Shown here in pieces: positions 1-12,153 of a stretch of DNA of 64,000 nt. The notes below the pieces were generated by a model. It was not told where the DNA came from and searched no databases. It saw only the letters and a list, made by a program, of their open reading frames with translations. Numbering within the stretch: the stretch's first letter is position 1; every line of letters starts with the position of its first letter. The stretch covers positions 52,751-116,750 of the forward strand of contig QPMI01000634.1 in assembly GCA_004431415.1 (NCBI GenBank), read 5' to 3'. This DNA comes from Cyanophora paradoxa CCMP329. Its lineage: Eukaryota > Plantae > Glaucophyta. A program made the translations under genes and the position numbers.

Positions 1-2440
1 GAAGCGGCGAGGCGAGAGGGCGGCGTGGGCCGAGGGGGAGGTCGTCCTGTGGGGCGGGGAGGCGCTCATCCCCTCGCCCCGCTCGCCGGGCCCCGCCGGC
101 TCCTCCGCCTTCGCCGCGTCCCTGCCCCCGCTGGGCGGCCGCCCCCGCCGCACGTCGAGCCGACGCCGCCGCCCAGCGCCCGCGGCGCGCCCTTCCGCGA
201 CATGCGGGGGCCGGCCAGCGCCCCCGCCTCCGACGCCCCGCCGCCCGCCCAGCGGCTCGAGGTCGTCGGCTCGAACGCGCCGACGCCGCCGCCCGTGCCC
301 CCTCCGAGCGCTCGGCACCCCGGCGCGCCTCCACCGGAGGGCGCGCCGGCGGGGTCCCCGTCCCCGCGGGGGGCGGCGGGGTCGCGGAGCGAGCTGCTGG
401 TGCTCGCGGGCGTCGCCTCGCCTCTCTTCGGGGCGCGCCCCGAGGCGGAGGAGCTGCGCGAGGGCGAGGCCAAGTGGGTCGCGGGGGCCGCCGAGGCCGC
501 CAGCGTCAGCTCCCCGCAGGCCGTCAGCGTCGAGCACCAGATCCGCCTAGGCCTCGGCGGCGCCCCGCACGCGCGCGCGCAGCTCGCGCGACCCAGCACC
601 GCCCCCGCCCTCGACCTCCTCAGCGAGCCCTCGTCGACCCCTCGCTTTCTCTAGAAGATGTCTTTGCTTCTCCTGCCACGTCATGGCATGCACGTCCATC
701 CAGCTCGTCATCCGGATCCGGCGGGCCGGAGGGGCGCGGGTACCCAGATGGGGGCCTCGGAGGAGGGGGGCGCGTCCGCTGTCGATCGGGAGGGTCCGAA
801 GCGCATTCCGAGTTCTGTCGGCGGCGGCGTGCCTTTACGTATACTTTCGTGGCCCTTCATCAGTCGGGGGTACCGAATTATTTATCGCAACGCTTTGCCG
901 GTGCTAGCCAGGCTCGCCGCTAGCTGTATCAGCTCCAACCCAGCAGGTTCAGTTGCGCTAGTGGCGCAGAGAGAGCCGGCCGGCCATGGCGGATGTGTGT
1001 ACGCTGCATGACTCGGATCTCGACATCGTCATCAGCAAAGATCCGGCGATCCCACTAGAGGAGCGTCTCGAGGCGTTCAAGAGGCTCAGCCCCTTTCTCC
1101 AGGTAGCTATAGGCCGGACTCCGCCGGCGCCGGAGCTTTCTTGCTCAAGCTTCAAAGAGCTGAGGCCGCCCCAGGAATACGCGTACCAGGAGGCGCATCG
1201 GGTCGCGGACATCGGGCGGAACTACGCGGACGCCGGCGCAGACCCCGGGGCCGTCTCGCCGAAGCTTCTGCCGCGGCCCGCGTACCTCAGCCTCCACGAC
1301 ATCGACCGCGGCGTCGTCGCGGGCGCCGTGGAGGAGGGCTACGTCATCCCAATCCACAACCACGAGATCAAGGCGCGCTGACGCCCCGCCGCCGCGCGCC
1401 CCGCCGCCTTGACGGGTCGTGACGCGCGCGAACACACGCACACGCGCCCGCCCGCCCCGCTTCTACAGCTCTTCCTCGAGGTTCGCCCCGCGCCCCGCGC
1501 GCTCTCCGCCGGCCCCGGCGTGAGCTTGAGCTCGACGGGGCAGATCGTGGCGGGGCTGGCGGCGGACGGGGAGCTGGCGGGCCCCGAGGCGGTCCTCCTG
1601 AAGTACAACGGCACGGAGGCCGCGCCCAGCGACGTCACGGAGTTCGAGCGCGCCGCCGGCGAGGTCCCCGCGCCCGGCCCCACGCCACGCGCGCCCCCGC
1701 CGCCCCCGCGCCGCGCCGCGCCGACGCGCACGCCGCGCCCCGCGCAGCTTCGCTCCATCATGCCCTTCGCCGCGTGCGCGCCCCCGGGCCCCGCCTCGTC
1801 CGGGGCGCCGGAGCGAGCCGCTGAGCGAGCGAGGCGGGGGGGGGCAGGGTGGAGGTGGATAACGCGAACGCGGCGGGCCCCTTCGTGGGGACTACCGCTT
1901 CCAGCCCGGCCTCGACGTCGCCCTAGCCATGGCCCGCCCAGCCCCGCCCCCGCCGCCCGCCCCGCCCCGCCCCTCACCGGCGGCCCGCTGCGCAGGGCCC
2001 CGAGCACGCGGTCTCGCTGACGCCGCCGCGGCCGGCGGGGACGGGCGCACGAAGCACGGCGTGGAGGAGCTCTCGGCGCGCGACCTCTGGGCCGGCATCC
2101 GCAGCGCCCTCTGGTCCGTCCCCGAGTACTCCGCCGCCTTCGTGCGCCCGCCTGCCCTGCCCCGCCCGGCCGCCCGCGCTGCATCGCTCACGCCGGCCGC
2201 AGACGGGCCTCTCCGCCGCGGATGGGGAGGAGGAGGCGGGCCTGGCCGGTGCGGCGCCCCCCTCCACGACCCCCGCCCCCCTCCGGTCCCCGCCCCGCCG
2301 GCGCCGACGGGCCGGGGCATGCAGGGTGGGACCCGACGGAGGCGCTGGCGGGGGCGGGCGCGGCGGGGCCGGAGCCGCTGCTGCTTCTGGAGCTCGAGGC
2401 GCCCGAGCTCGACGCCGACGCCTTCGAGCCGCTCCTCTAA
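1..2440 (+). CDS. Multi-exon gene of unknown function, 5' end outside the window; contains a nucleotidyltransferase-like DSDLD motif
   Basis: Exon-like blocks (HDSDLDIVISKDPAIPLEERLEAFKRL; AYLSLHDIDRGVVAGAVEEGYVIPIHNHEIK; VLLKYNGTEAAPSDVTEFE; ELSARDLWAGIRSALWSVPEYSAAF; LELEAPELDADAFEPLL*) are separated by short GC-rich introns ending in CAG. Stop TAA at 2438-2440. Exact exon boundaries are not resolved. Confidence 0.55.
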
Positions 2441-3078
2441 TCATGACTGCGCCCGACCGTCGGACGCGGCGACCGTCGGCCGGCCGGGACCGCCGCCGGC
2501 TGGGCGGCCGTGCGGCTGGCCTGCTAAACTGTTACTAGTACTAGTACTATTCGTATTTTGAGGCTCGGCTTCGGAAGTTCCAAGCTCCGGACTCCCCGGA
2601 ATCCGGAGCTAGCGCTCCAGTTATTTAAATTTGACTGCATCCTGTCGTAGTTCGCGTAGATCATCGGATGATTATTCAGCTGTTTGTTGCTGTATTCAAT
2701 GCATGCTTCGAAGCCTCAGCTTGAGCTCATGATCAGCTGCAGGCGGCTGATATCGATGCATTCGATGATCGACCCGCGCGCCTTCGAATTCGAAGCAGGG
2801 CCGGCTTAGGCCGCCGCCCGGGGGGTACGTAAACAGTTCCAGGGATGGCACCGCGCAAGGCTCCCGCGGGCAAGGACGGTCCGTGTGCTGTCGAACTGCT
2901 GCATGCTCGCACCGGCTGCATGCTTCCGCCGCCGCCGCTGACTGACAGGTCCCGTGCAGCGCCGAAGCGCAGGCTGAGCGAGGCGGAGGCGGCGGACGCG
3001 GTGCGTCGCGGTTGATGCGACGCCGGAGGTGCCGGCTCGGCTGACGGGGATCCGCGGGGCGCGCAGGGCGGCCGCCCG

Positions 3079-3649
3079 ATGATGACATCAAGCCGACTAG
3101 TGGCCGCCTTTCTTTGCCCGGCGTACACGAAGGCGTACGTCGCGCTACCGCCGGCTTCTCTCGTCTTTTCAGCATCCTCCGTCCCGCCGGCGTCACGGCC
3201 CGCTGCGTCGAACTCGCTCTCCCGTTCAACGGCCGAGAAGAGCGGCGACGGGCGCGGCCGCCGTCGCTCCCTCGCTTCGCGGCGGTTCTTCGGTGGCCGG
3301 GCGTTCGCGCACGCTCCGGCGCCGCTGGCGGCGGGCGCACGGCGCGGGCTGGAGGTGCTGGCGCAGGCGAAGGGCTTCGGGGCCGGTGCGGGCCGGGGCG
3401 GGGAGCCGGGCGCGGGGGCGGGGGCGGGTGCGGCGGAGGCAGAGGAGCTGGCGATGGAGTTCCTGGACCGCATCGTCGTGGCGCGGATGCTGACGATCGC
3501 GGACCGGCTGCTCTGGGCGGCGGGCAACCAGGTGCTGGTCCAGCCCGACGGGTCCCACATCGCCCTCGCGGAGCGCCTCGCGCGGGCCCACGGCAACTTC
3601 CTCCGCGTCATCGACCCCGACGCCCGCGAGGGCTTCCTCTGGCGGTCCG

Positions 3650-3700
<51 letters not shown>

Positions 3701-5382
3701 GCGCCCCGGGCGCCCCCGCGCCGCTGAGGCTCCAAGGGCGGGGCAGGGTGGTGGCGTCGGGCATGCTCTGGCTCCCCGACGTCCCCGAGTTCGACGACGA
3801 CGCCTCCCTCGGCGAGCTCGTCGCCCTCCTCAACAGCTGGTGCGGGGGGGGGGGGGGGGGGGCGCCCCGGGCCCGCCCGGGCCGGCTCGCCGACCGAGGG
3901 GCCGGGGCGCAGCTCGGCGGCGGTGCCGGCGGCGGTGCCGTACGCGGAGGCGTGCGAGGCGTTCGCGGCGGGCGTGGAGGCGGCCGTGAAGCGCGGCGAG
4001 GGCGGGCCCGACACCTGGCCCGAGGAGGACGGGTGCCCGGCCCGCCCGCCCCCGCCCCGCCCCGCCCCGGCCCGGCCTCGAGCCGGCGCGCTCCCAGGAG
4101 CTTCATGGAGGCGATCACGTGCGGGCTCTTCCACGACGCCCTCAGCGACGAGGACTTCCTCCAGGCCGCCCGCGCCCTCGCCCAGCACCGCGCCGCCAAG
4201 CTCGCCGCCCTCCCCGAGGCGGGCCGCGAGGCCTACGCCGCCCGCCTCGTCGCCTGGCTCAACGCCGCCGAGTGCGAACCGCCCCGCCCGAGGGGCCCGG
4301 CCCGCCGCGCGGGGCGCTCGCCGAGGGCGCGGGCGCGGGGCAGGGGCCCCGGGCTGGAGCAGGGGAGGCGCAGGCGGCGCAGCTGGCGCTGCTCGCCGCC
4401 AGCCACGTCGCCGAGATCGGCCTCGACGCCGTCCGCCCGCCCCGACCCGCCCCGCGTGCCCAGCCCACGGGCCCGCCCACGGGCTCCCGCAGGCCGACTT
4501 CCCCTCCGCTGGAGCTACCCCGACGAGGTCCGCCCCCCCCCCCCCCCCCCCCCCCCGGCCGCCGGCCGGCGGCGGGGCGAGCTGGGGCGGCGGGGCGCAG
4601 GACGAGGAGGAGGGGAGGCGGGCGGCGAGGAGGAGGCGGCCGGCGTGATCGCCCTCGCGAACAAGGCGCGCCACGCCCCGCGGCGCGCCGGGCGGGCCCC
4701 GCGGGGCAGGGCCGAGGGGCGGGGCGGCGGGGGCAGGTGGCGTCGGGGCTGGCGGGGCGCGCGGCCGGCTCCCTCACCGACGAGGACGCCCTCGAGATCC
4801 TCGTACCCCCGCCCCGCCCAACCCCGCCCCGCCCCGCGTGGGGCAGCGGCGGTGGCCGACGCGGGCGCAGGAGGAGGTGATGCTCGCGATGGAGGGCAAC
4901 TCGGTGCGAGCGAGGGAGGGAGCCCTGGGGAGCGAGCCCTCGCTGACGGCTCCCCGCGCGCGCGCAGGAGATGGGGGAGACGCGGGAGGACCGGCTGGGG
5001 ACCCTCTGCTCCATGTTCGACTTCGCCTGCCGCGAGCTCGCCTTCCTGCCAAAGGCCGGTCCTGGGCAGGGCGCGCCGGGGCGGGGCGGGTGGGCTGACG
5101 GGGGCGGGGCGGGGCGGGGCGGCAGGGGGAGCCCGAGTGCGCGCAGCTCGGCGACCTCTTCGAAGCCCTCCGCAAGCGGCCCGCCCCGCCCCCGCCCCCC
5201 GCCCCGCCTCTTCGCCCCGCCGGGCTGAGGCGGCGGGCACCGCAGCGGCCGCCACCCGCTCTCCGTCGCCCTCGCCGACACCGCCGAGCGCCTCCTCGTG
5301 CGCCCCGCCCCGCCCCGGCCGCCCCTGCCCGCCCGCCGGCTTGACATCCTTGCAGCCCCTCCTCGCCCGCGACCAGGAGTGA
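3079..5382 (+). CDS. Multi-exon gene of unknown function (start uncertain)
   Basis: Protein-like exons (ELAMEFLDRIVVARMLTIADRLLWAAGNQVLVQPDGSH; GMLWLPDVPEFDDDASLGELVALLNSW; SFMEAITCGLFHDALSDEDFLQAAR; LGTLCSMFDFACRELAFLPK). The last exon PLLARDQE* follows a ttgcag acceptor. Poly-C/G runs fall in introns. Confidence 0.55.
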
Positions 5383-6157
5383 CGCCGACGCGCCTTGGCC
5401 CACTCTCCATAGATTACTCACACTTGCTTGCCGTTGCTTCCACGCTTGCAGTAGTTTTCCCTGTCAGCCCGCGTTCGTTTTTCATTTCCGTGCCGCGATC
5501 TTCGATCTTCAAGGCTTGCTCTACCACCATTAGAATGGCCTCCCAATTTGCTCTCTGTCCTCAGAATAGGTGGTTCTGCGTGTGCGTTTGCCTTTTGATT
5601 GTGTGTCCTGATCCTATTAATGTTCTTGTGGAAACTTGCCTATTTGTGTAGCTCTAGGCTCTCTTAGCGGGGGATCCGGATCCGGAGGGGGGATCAGGAT
5701 CAATTCATGATCAGGCAGGTCCAATGTAACTGTCGATCACTTTCGGCAGCTGCATGCCGACACGGGGCCCTTCGAGTTTAGTTAACGATAACTCTCCGGA
5801 TCCGCTTTCGTCAGCCGATATCGCCGAGTCGAATATATATACGTAATGATCACAGTACATCTTTCAATTTTCATTAATGTACCTGCAAAACTATGAGACG
5901 TCTATCTGTGGAACGTTCTCGATCATATGAACAATACATAAACACTCATTGAGATCTAGAAGCCCATTGCAGGGCCGCCGGGCTCGATGGTGATCATGAC
6001 CTTACGCTTCAAAGCATTCTACTGCTACACGAAAGCGAAATTGCGAAAATGGGAAGAAGACACTCGCCACTACTTTATTAACCCCTACGGTGATGTACTT
6101 CATGCTCGTAGTCGTGGCGGCGATATGGAGAGTTAAAATTCGTCGCTTTGATGTGCT

Positions 6158-9100
6158 TTAGTTCGCCGCGTGCAGGGCGAGGGCGGCGACGACTGTGGCG
6201 AGGCCGCAGAGGACGCTCGAGAGAAGCGAGCTCTGACAACGCAGGGGTAATTGTAAGCGCTTAAAAGCAGGAGAGCGATGGCATAGGGCAAAAGGCTCGC
6301 GAACCGTGTAGGTGGAGGCTGCAGCGTTCGGCCAGTAGGGCACCGAAGCGCTGGTTCCAACCGGCGTCCATTTGAAAGCCTGCGTGCACAGTGTTGGAAA
6401 TCATAATTAATATTGAAATTCTCGAGACCGAGTTCTTTATAAAGTGTCTAAAAGCGTTTTGCTGAACGACAACGAACCCCGCCGATGACGATGGGCACGA
6501 AGGCGGGCGCTCCGGTGGCCGGCTCGATGCGGAGGTCGTACTGCGGAAACGTGAGACACGGGAAGTCGAATCGCGTGCAATGGAACGGACGGCGGTGTTG
6601 GCCGCGAACTGGAGAATGCTACGGCGAAGCTGCGGGGCCTCTGCGAAGGCAAGGGCTCGAATTCGGCAGAGCAACGCATTAGAATCGGCTGCAGGCGACC
6701 GGGCGCACTGAACTTGAGGACCACGTCGCTGCCCTGCGCCTCGACGGACTCCTGGGTCGCCGGGCGCCTCGTCGTCCCGTCCGCGCTCATGATGAAGACG
6801 TCCACCTTGGTCCCGACCTAAACTCGAGCGGGTAAATACGAATGTGTTTACCCTCAAACCATCAATGTTCGGAGGCACCTCGAGAACACCGGTGACGGGA
6901 ACCACGATGAACTCATTCGCGCCGGAACCGGTCTGCCGGAATCGGCTTCAGGCTGCCGTGTGCAGGTGCGCTTGCGGCGAATTAAATTTAGAGTACCTGC
7001 GGTGCGGTGATGGCGGCCTCGGGCAGCTGGACCTTGAACACAGTCTTGCCGTCCTTGTCCTGTCCAGCGAGCGCTTATAATCAGCCCATCGCAAAAGGAA
7101 GTAGGCTGAATCGATCACGAGATACAAATACCTTTTCCTCCTTGAAGTCCGACGGCTTGAACTAATCGAGTGCGATATTTGTCAATAAAGGAAAGGGCTT
7201 GTGCCTCGCGTCGGATAAGGATACATTAATGAATTCGAACCTTGAATTTGCCGACGACGACCTCGATCGACTGGTTTTTGGTGATGAACGGCTGCGCGCG
7301 GCGCGGCGGGATTCAACGACAACGACACCGGAGACGCCGAGGGGACTCAGAGGGGCCGCACCAGCGGCGGCACAGCGGCCGGAGTCGGTGCCGGTGTCGG
7401 TGTGGGCTGAGTCTGCGGCTGCTGCTGGCTGGGCGTCGCGGCGGGCGTCGGAGTGGCGTCCGTCGTCGAGGGGACCGTGGTGGGCGTTGGGACGGCATCC
7501 GAGGACGTGGGGGGCGTGGGAGACGGCGTGGCCAGCGCGGAGGGAGACGGCGTGGCCGACGGGGACGGCGAGGGCGACGGGGTAGCCGACGGAGTGGGCG
7601 AGGGGGACGGCGTCGGGATGTACACTGGCGCGGTGAATGGTGAGCGCCGATTGTTTAATTGCGGGTTTTTTAAAATGAATCAGAAGCAGTTCGGGCAGTT
7701 AATATGCCGGAGTTCAGCACACCCGTGCCGTTCAGTCGGTGAGCGAATACGTAGTCTGCCCCTTTGTCGTCGGACGCTCCTCGCCATGCGGCGTAGAAGA
7801 CCGCATTGTCCCGCACGCCAAGGTTAGTAAGCCCGACTCCGGGATGCTCATAGATGGTCGTTCCGCTAACGGCCTCGGTGCTGCGCTGAGTGTAAATGGC
7901 GCTTTGTGTCTTTCTTTTCCCTCAGGCCTTAGGCTCACCCATTGACGTTTTCGATTCTCTCTTCAAGCACCTCAGCACCCGTAGAGTCGAACGACATGAT
8001 GAAGCTGGAGGCCGCAGTGCCATCCTTCCAGACCGAGACAAGCAGACGCCAGAAGCCGTACGCATTCTTTACGACGGCGGCGGACTGAGGCTTTGCATCG
8101 GTGTTGATCTCGGCGAAGATCGAGCCGGTAGCCGACGAGCCCGTTGCATCCACCTGCGAAAGTAGATCGTGATCGACCAACGGCGAGCTGGAATAATAAC
8201 GGGATAAAAGATAAGCTCGCACCTTGTAGATCGCCATTTTGGAACTCGTTTTATTGACGAAAGCGACCTGCGAGTCCGTGAGGCATCACATGCGCATGCA
8301 TAATCATGAAGCAGTTATTTAGTTAAGCAAATTCGAACGTAGAAGATGGGCTTGGTGTTGACGTCTTCCACAGCAAATCCCATCGGAAATTCATCGTATC
8401 CATTGGTAATGGATGGCATGCCAGCAGAAGCAGGAAAAGTGAACACTGTCGCGTTGGTGGCTCCTGAGAGTTGCATGCGCAAGCAAATCGATGTCAGTGC
8501 GGGTGAAAATATAATAAGTTCAATCGTATAGCGTGCACCATCTGCAGAGAAGCTGAGAAGGGCGGGTTGGGGCGCAGTCGCGAGCAGACTGCGCTTGGTA
8601 GATGGAATATGTGGAATGCCAATCCAGTAGACGCTGCCGCCATGCGACGCAAGAGCGTTGGGAGCAGGTAGGTATTTGTAACCTGCACGCAAAAAGTTCA
8701 ATTTAAACTCGCGCAGAATACGTTTTCGAATTCCTCCATTGTTTTCTATTGCAATTTTGCACGAACCGTCGATGTCGCCACTGCTTTCTACTGGGTTGCC
8801 GTCCGCTTTATAGGTGTAAAAAACTTTGACCGTGTTCGCAGTTGGATCGGAGTTGAGCGTGAGGACGCCCATCGCGTAAATCAAGTTACTTCCATCGGCT
8901 TGCGTGAGGAAGAAGAGTGAAGATGCAGAGCCGACGGCGATGGTGCCAGTGTTGTAAGAACCCTTGCCGTTCCTGCTCCGGTGTAAGCTCGATACAAGCT
9001 TCTTGATCTCAAGCTTAACTTGTATCGAGCTTACGCACTTGAAACCGACCGCAGGGGTGGTGGTCGAGATAGCCGGCACCGCAGCGCCTATGGCCGGCAG

Positions 9101-9799
9101 TCCGGGCTTATCATTCCAAGACTCGCCAAGCATTGAATCTGCGCATTTGGTGCGCATGTTAGTGCAGTGACTGCCAAATAGCTATATAGCTTAGCAATCA
9201 TGAACGCTGGGCTAGAATGACGAACCATTTTTAGGACCCATGACGAGCGTGCTTGCGCAGTTGCTGTCCACGCGGAAGATGCTGTAATAGCCGGCAACGT
9301 ACAAGTAGTCATCGAAACTCGAGTACGCCATTCCTGAGACAGCCGTTTAGTAATGCAATCGATGGATGGCTAATCGCACGCCAGTATTCGTACCGTAAAT
9401 GTCTCGAAAATCAGCGCCCGTTCCAGTTCCTACGCCGGATTTTGTGTGAGTACATGCAATTGCAAGCGCTTGGATCGGTTGTGGCTTGGATCGGAGAGAG
9501 CACCTTCTGTTCCAGCCGCGCTACTAGGGGTGGTTTCATGCTTTCCAGCGCAAAACGCAGAGCCGCCCTTCTCGAAGGCATCGGGATTGGCAGGAGGGGT
9601 CGCCGCCGCTGCAGTGAGCGAATCGCGAGCGTGAGGCATGACATCGATGTCAACCCAACGTTAACTATGCAACAAGCTTTGCTGCATGCGCAGCTGCGGC
9701 GTTTTCCCCCAAGCGTGACTACGCACCCAAGACCGCGATGGTGAACGACGCGATGACGACCCTCAACGCCAATGCGCTCGCGCGCCTAGCCGCGCTCAT
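6158..9799 (-). CDS. Secreted, probably GPI-anchored cell-surface protein, copy 1: beta-rich (propeller-like) N-terminal region, Pro/Ser/Thr linker, beta-sandwich-like C-terminal region
   Basis: ATG at 9799 gives signal-like MSAARRASALALRVVIASFTIAVL. Exons include DDYLYVAGYYSIFRVD, GSVYWIG, NAYGFWRLLVSV, the (TP/SP)n linker at 7347-7625 and YDLRIEPATGAPAFVPIVIGG. The hydrophobic tail SSLLSSVLCGLATVVAALALHAAN* ends at 6158. Exon order is shared with the paralog at 20555-24233. Confidence 0.75.
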
Positions 9800-10338
9800 T
9801 GCTCTTATGACACGAGTGTCGGCGCTGTCGGTGCGCTCGCTTCGCGTCGGCCGCGGCTGTTGTGCTTTTTCTCTCTCAGAGAGTGTCTCTAAATTTAAAT
9901 CTGCGCTGGCGCTCCAGGCAAATTTTCATGCACGTTCATGGACTCGTGAGTCGTGACTGTTCCCGGGAGTCCGAATTCGAAGTTTAAGACTCTGCCAGGC
10001 TGAAACTCCGAGGCTCGAACGTTACTGGCCCAGTGGTAACAGTCTCGAACTTCGGAAGCGCGCGCAGCCGCCGGGCCGCACGGCTGCCGGCCGGGAACTT
10101 CGGGAAGCCTTGAAGCCCGGCGGCCCGGCGCCGGCCCGCTCAGCGGCTGGCCGCGGGGCGCTGCCGCCGCCTGCCGGCCGCGGAGCCTGCCGCACGCGCA
10201 CCGTCGCGCGCGCAGCGCAGGCTGCGCAGTGCGTCCGACGTCGACCGTCGGACGGTCCCGTCCGACTCAGTGACTGGCACTGAGTGCCACTGACTACCAG
10301 TACCACTGACTAATAAGTGACTATAGCTATATAATGTA

Positions 10339-10589
10339 CTAGTAGGAATGCTCAAATTGCCGCGTAGTTAACTAGTAAATTGCCGACTTCGACGAAGACC
10401 GGAATTGCCGTGACGATAAATTGCCGAAACGCTGGATTTCTTAAAAGCTTCTATGGCGCCGTACAAAAGCGGCCGTTTGGCTACCCCCTGAGAGTTGCCG
10501 TGGCTTAAAATTGCCGAATTCGGCCTCTCGGCAATATACGGCAATTTAAAACATCGGCTAAAAACTTCGAAAAGCAATCCTACATGCAG
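10339..10589. mobile_element. MITE, TA-flanked Tc1/mariner-pogo-like (AATTGCCG-repeat family)
   Basis: Inverted copy of 11585-11799. Ends (C)TAGTAGGAATGCT...AGCAATCCTACATGCAG|TA, with internal AATTGCCG/CGGCAATT repeats. Confidence 0.7.
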
Positions 10590-11040
10590 TATACGTAGCT
10601 AGTCCGTCCGACGTACACGCGCCGCCCAATCGCGAAGGGCGGCGAACGCCCGATCGATCGGATAGGGCGGCGAAGGGCGGCGATCGCAACTTCCCGGGAT
10701 TCGCAAGTCTTACCGTAGTACGATCGCGAAGTTCGCGACTCGTACGTATACGTATCACGGTATATACTAGTAGGCCCTCAGTCGGAACTTGACTCGGAAG
10801 GGGAATCTCAGCCTTCTCAGCCAGGGTACACTCAGGGCCGAATTCAGCATGCAGACGCTCGAGCTCGATCGTGAGATTATGATTCGCGAGTCAAATTCAG
10901 ACTCGAGAGTCTCAGAGTCTCGAACTTCGGACCCGGGAGAAGTTAAAGCCCAGAAAAAACCGGTACCGTTTTTGAAACCACTTCGAAATTTAATTCTACC
11001 ACGTGCACAGACTGTAATGTGTAGTAACTCAGTGACTATA

Positions 11041-11257
11041 CTGTAGGCGTAGGTTTAGCCATGGTAAATAATTGCCGTAAATTGCCGACATGCCGAATTA
11101 AATTCGGCAATTTAGCACCACGGCAATTGCTTTGGGGTAGCGGTTTTCCTAGACCGCCATGGAGCAGGAATCTGGATTTGGCAATTTATCGCCACGGCAA
11201 TTCCAGGTTGGGCGAAATCGGCAAATTAACTCCACGGCAATTTAACTACGCCTACAG
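11041..11257. mobile_element. MITE, same family
   Basis: TA|CTGTAGGCGTAG...CTACGCCTACAG terminal inverted repeat and internal CGGCAATT repeats. Confidence 0.75.
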
Positions 11258-11357
11258 TCGGACTTTCTTCTACTTCTCTACAGTTATTTTTAATTTCTAT
11301 CTTCTACCGGTATACGTACCATGTACATGTGCATCTAGATCTACCGTGTAATACTAG

Positions 11358-11430
11358 TAGGGTTGCCGAATTTCGGAAATTCGGATTTTGGAGCGCCGAT
11401 CGCGAATTTCGAAATCGGCCCGCCGAAATT
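11358..11430. mobile_element. hAT-like MITE left-end fragment
   Basis: Starts TAGGGTTGCCG. Internal sequence matches 25162-25200, whose element ends ...CGGTAACCCTA. Confidence 0.45.
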
Positions 11431-11584
11431 GCCGCTCCGGCTCGACTGTCGAGCTCCGGAGTCCGGACCGGACCTGGCCTCCGTCGGCCCTCCGATCCGC
11501 CGTGCTCCGGACCTCCGGTCCCCGGGCTTTTTTCGTGTACTTTATGCGCTACTACAGGCTACAGCAGCGCTAGTACTTTTACTA

Positions 11585-11799
11585 CTGTACGTAGGATTGC
11601 TTTTTTAGCCGATGTTCTAAATTGCCGTAAATTGCCGAGCTCGAGGCCGAATTCGGCAATTTTAAGCCACGGCAATTCTCAGGGGGCTACACGGCCGCTT
11701 TTGTATGGTGCCATAGTCAGGCCCATAGACGTGCACGGCAATTCCGGTTTTGGTCGAATTCGGCAATTTAACTACGCGGCAATTTGAGCATTCCTACAG
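11585..11799. mobile_element. MITE, TA-flanked (AATTGCCG-repeat family)
   Basis: TA|CTGTA(cgta)GGATTGCT...AGCATTCCTACAG|TA. Confidence 0.75.
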
Positions 11800-11918
11800 T
11801 ACGTACTACTACGGTACTAGTACTTTTCGGACCCTGGAAAATCGGAGTCGCCCCGGAGTCCGGCCGACTCCGGCGATTCCCGCGGCGATTTCCGGTTCCG
11901 GTTCTACAGTTTCTACTA

Positions 11919-12153
11919 CTGTAGAACTAGAAATATTTAGTGGGCTGCATATTTATAGTACTAAAAGTTTTGGGGCGTTCTACTAAATATTTCCCGTCTG
12001 TTAAAGTCGAGAATTCGTAGGGGTAGTCCCGTCTCCGCCATACAAAAGCCCTGCGAAGACTGACCTACTAAAGATTTACCAGCTGCTAAATTAAAGTGGC
12101 AGTTTTGGCGAAGTACTAATTATTTTCCTGTACTAAATTAACTAGTTCTACAG
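11919..12153. mobile_element. MITE, TA-flanked (CTGTAGAACT family)
   Basis: TA|CTGTAGAACTAG...CTAGTTCTACAG|TA. An inverted relative is at 27459-27757. Confidence 0.8.

Noticed and set aside
3650-3698. Very long poly-C run (poly-Pro ORF); other C/G runs at ~3844, 4533, 18812, 22335 and 47733
   Set aside because: They lie in intron-like or intergenic positions and are likely inflated by homopolymer error. No function can be supported.
2733-5421. Long Arg/Pro/Gly/Ala-rich ORFs on both strands (also 17307-19650 and 34378-36134)
   Set aside because: These are stop-poor shadows of very GC-rich intron-exon sequence. The real coding signal is in short spliced exons.
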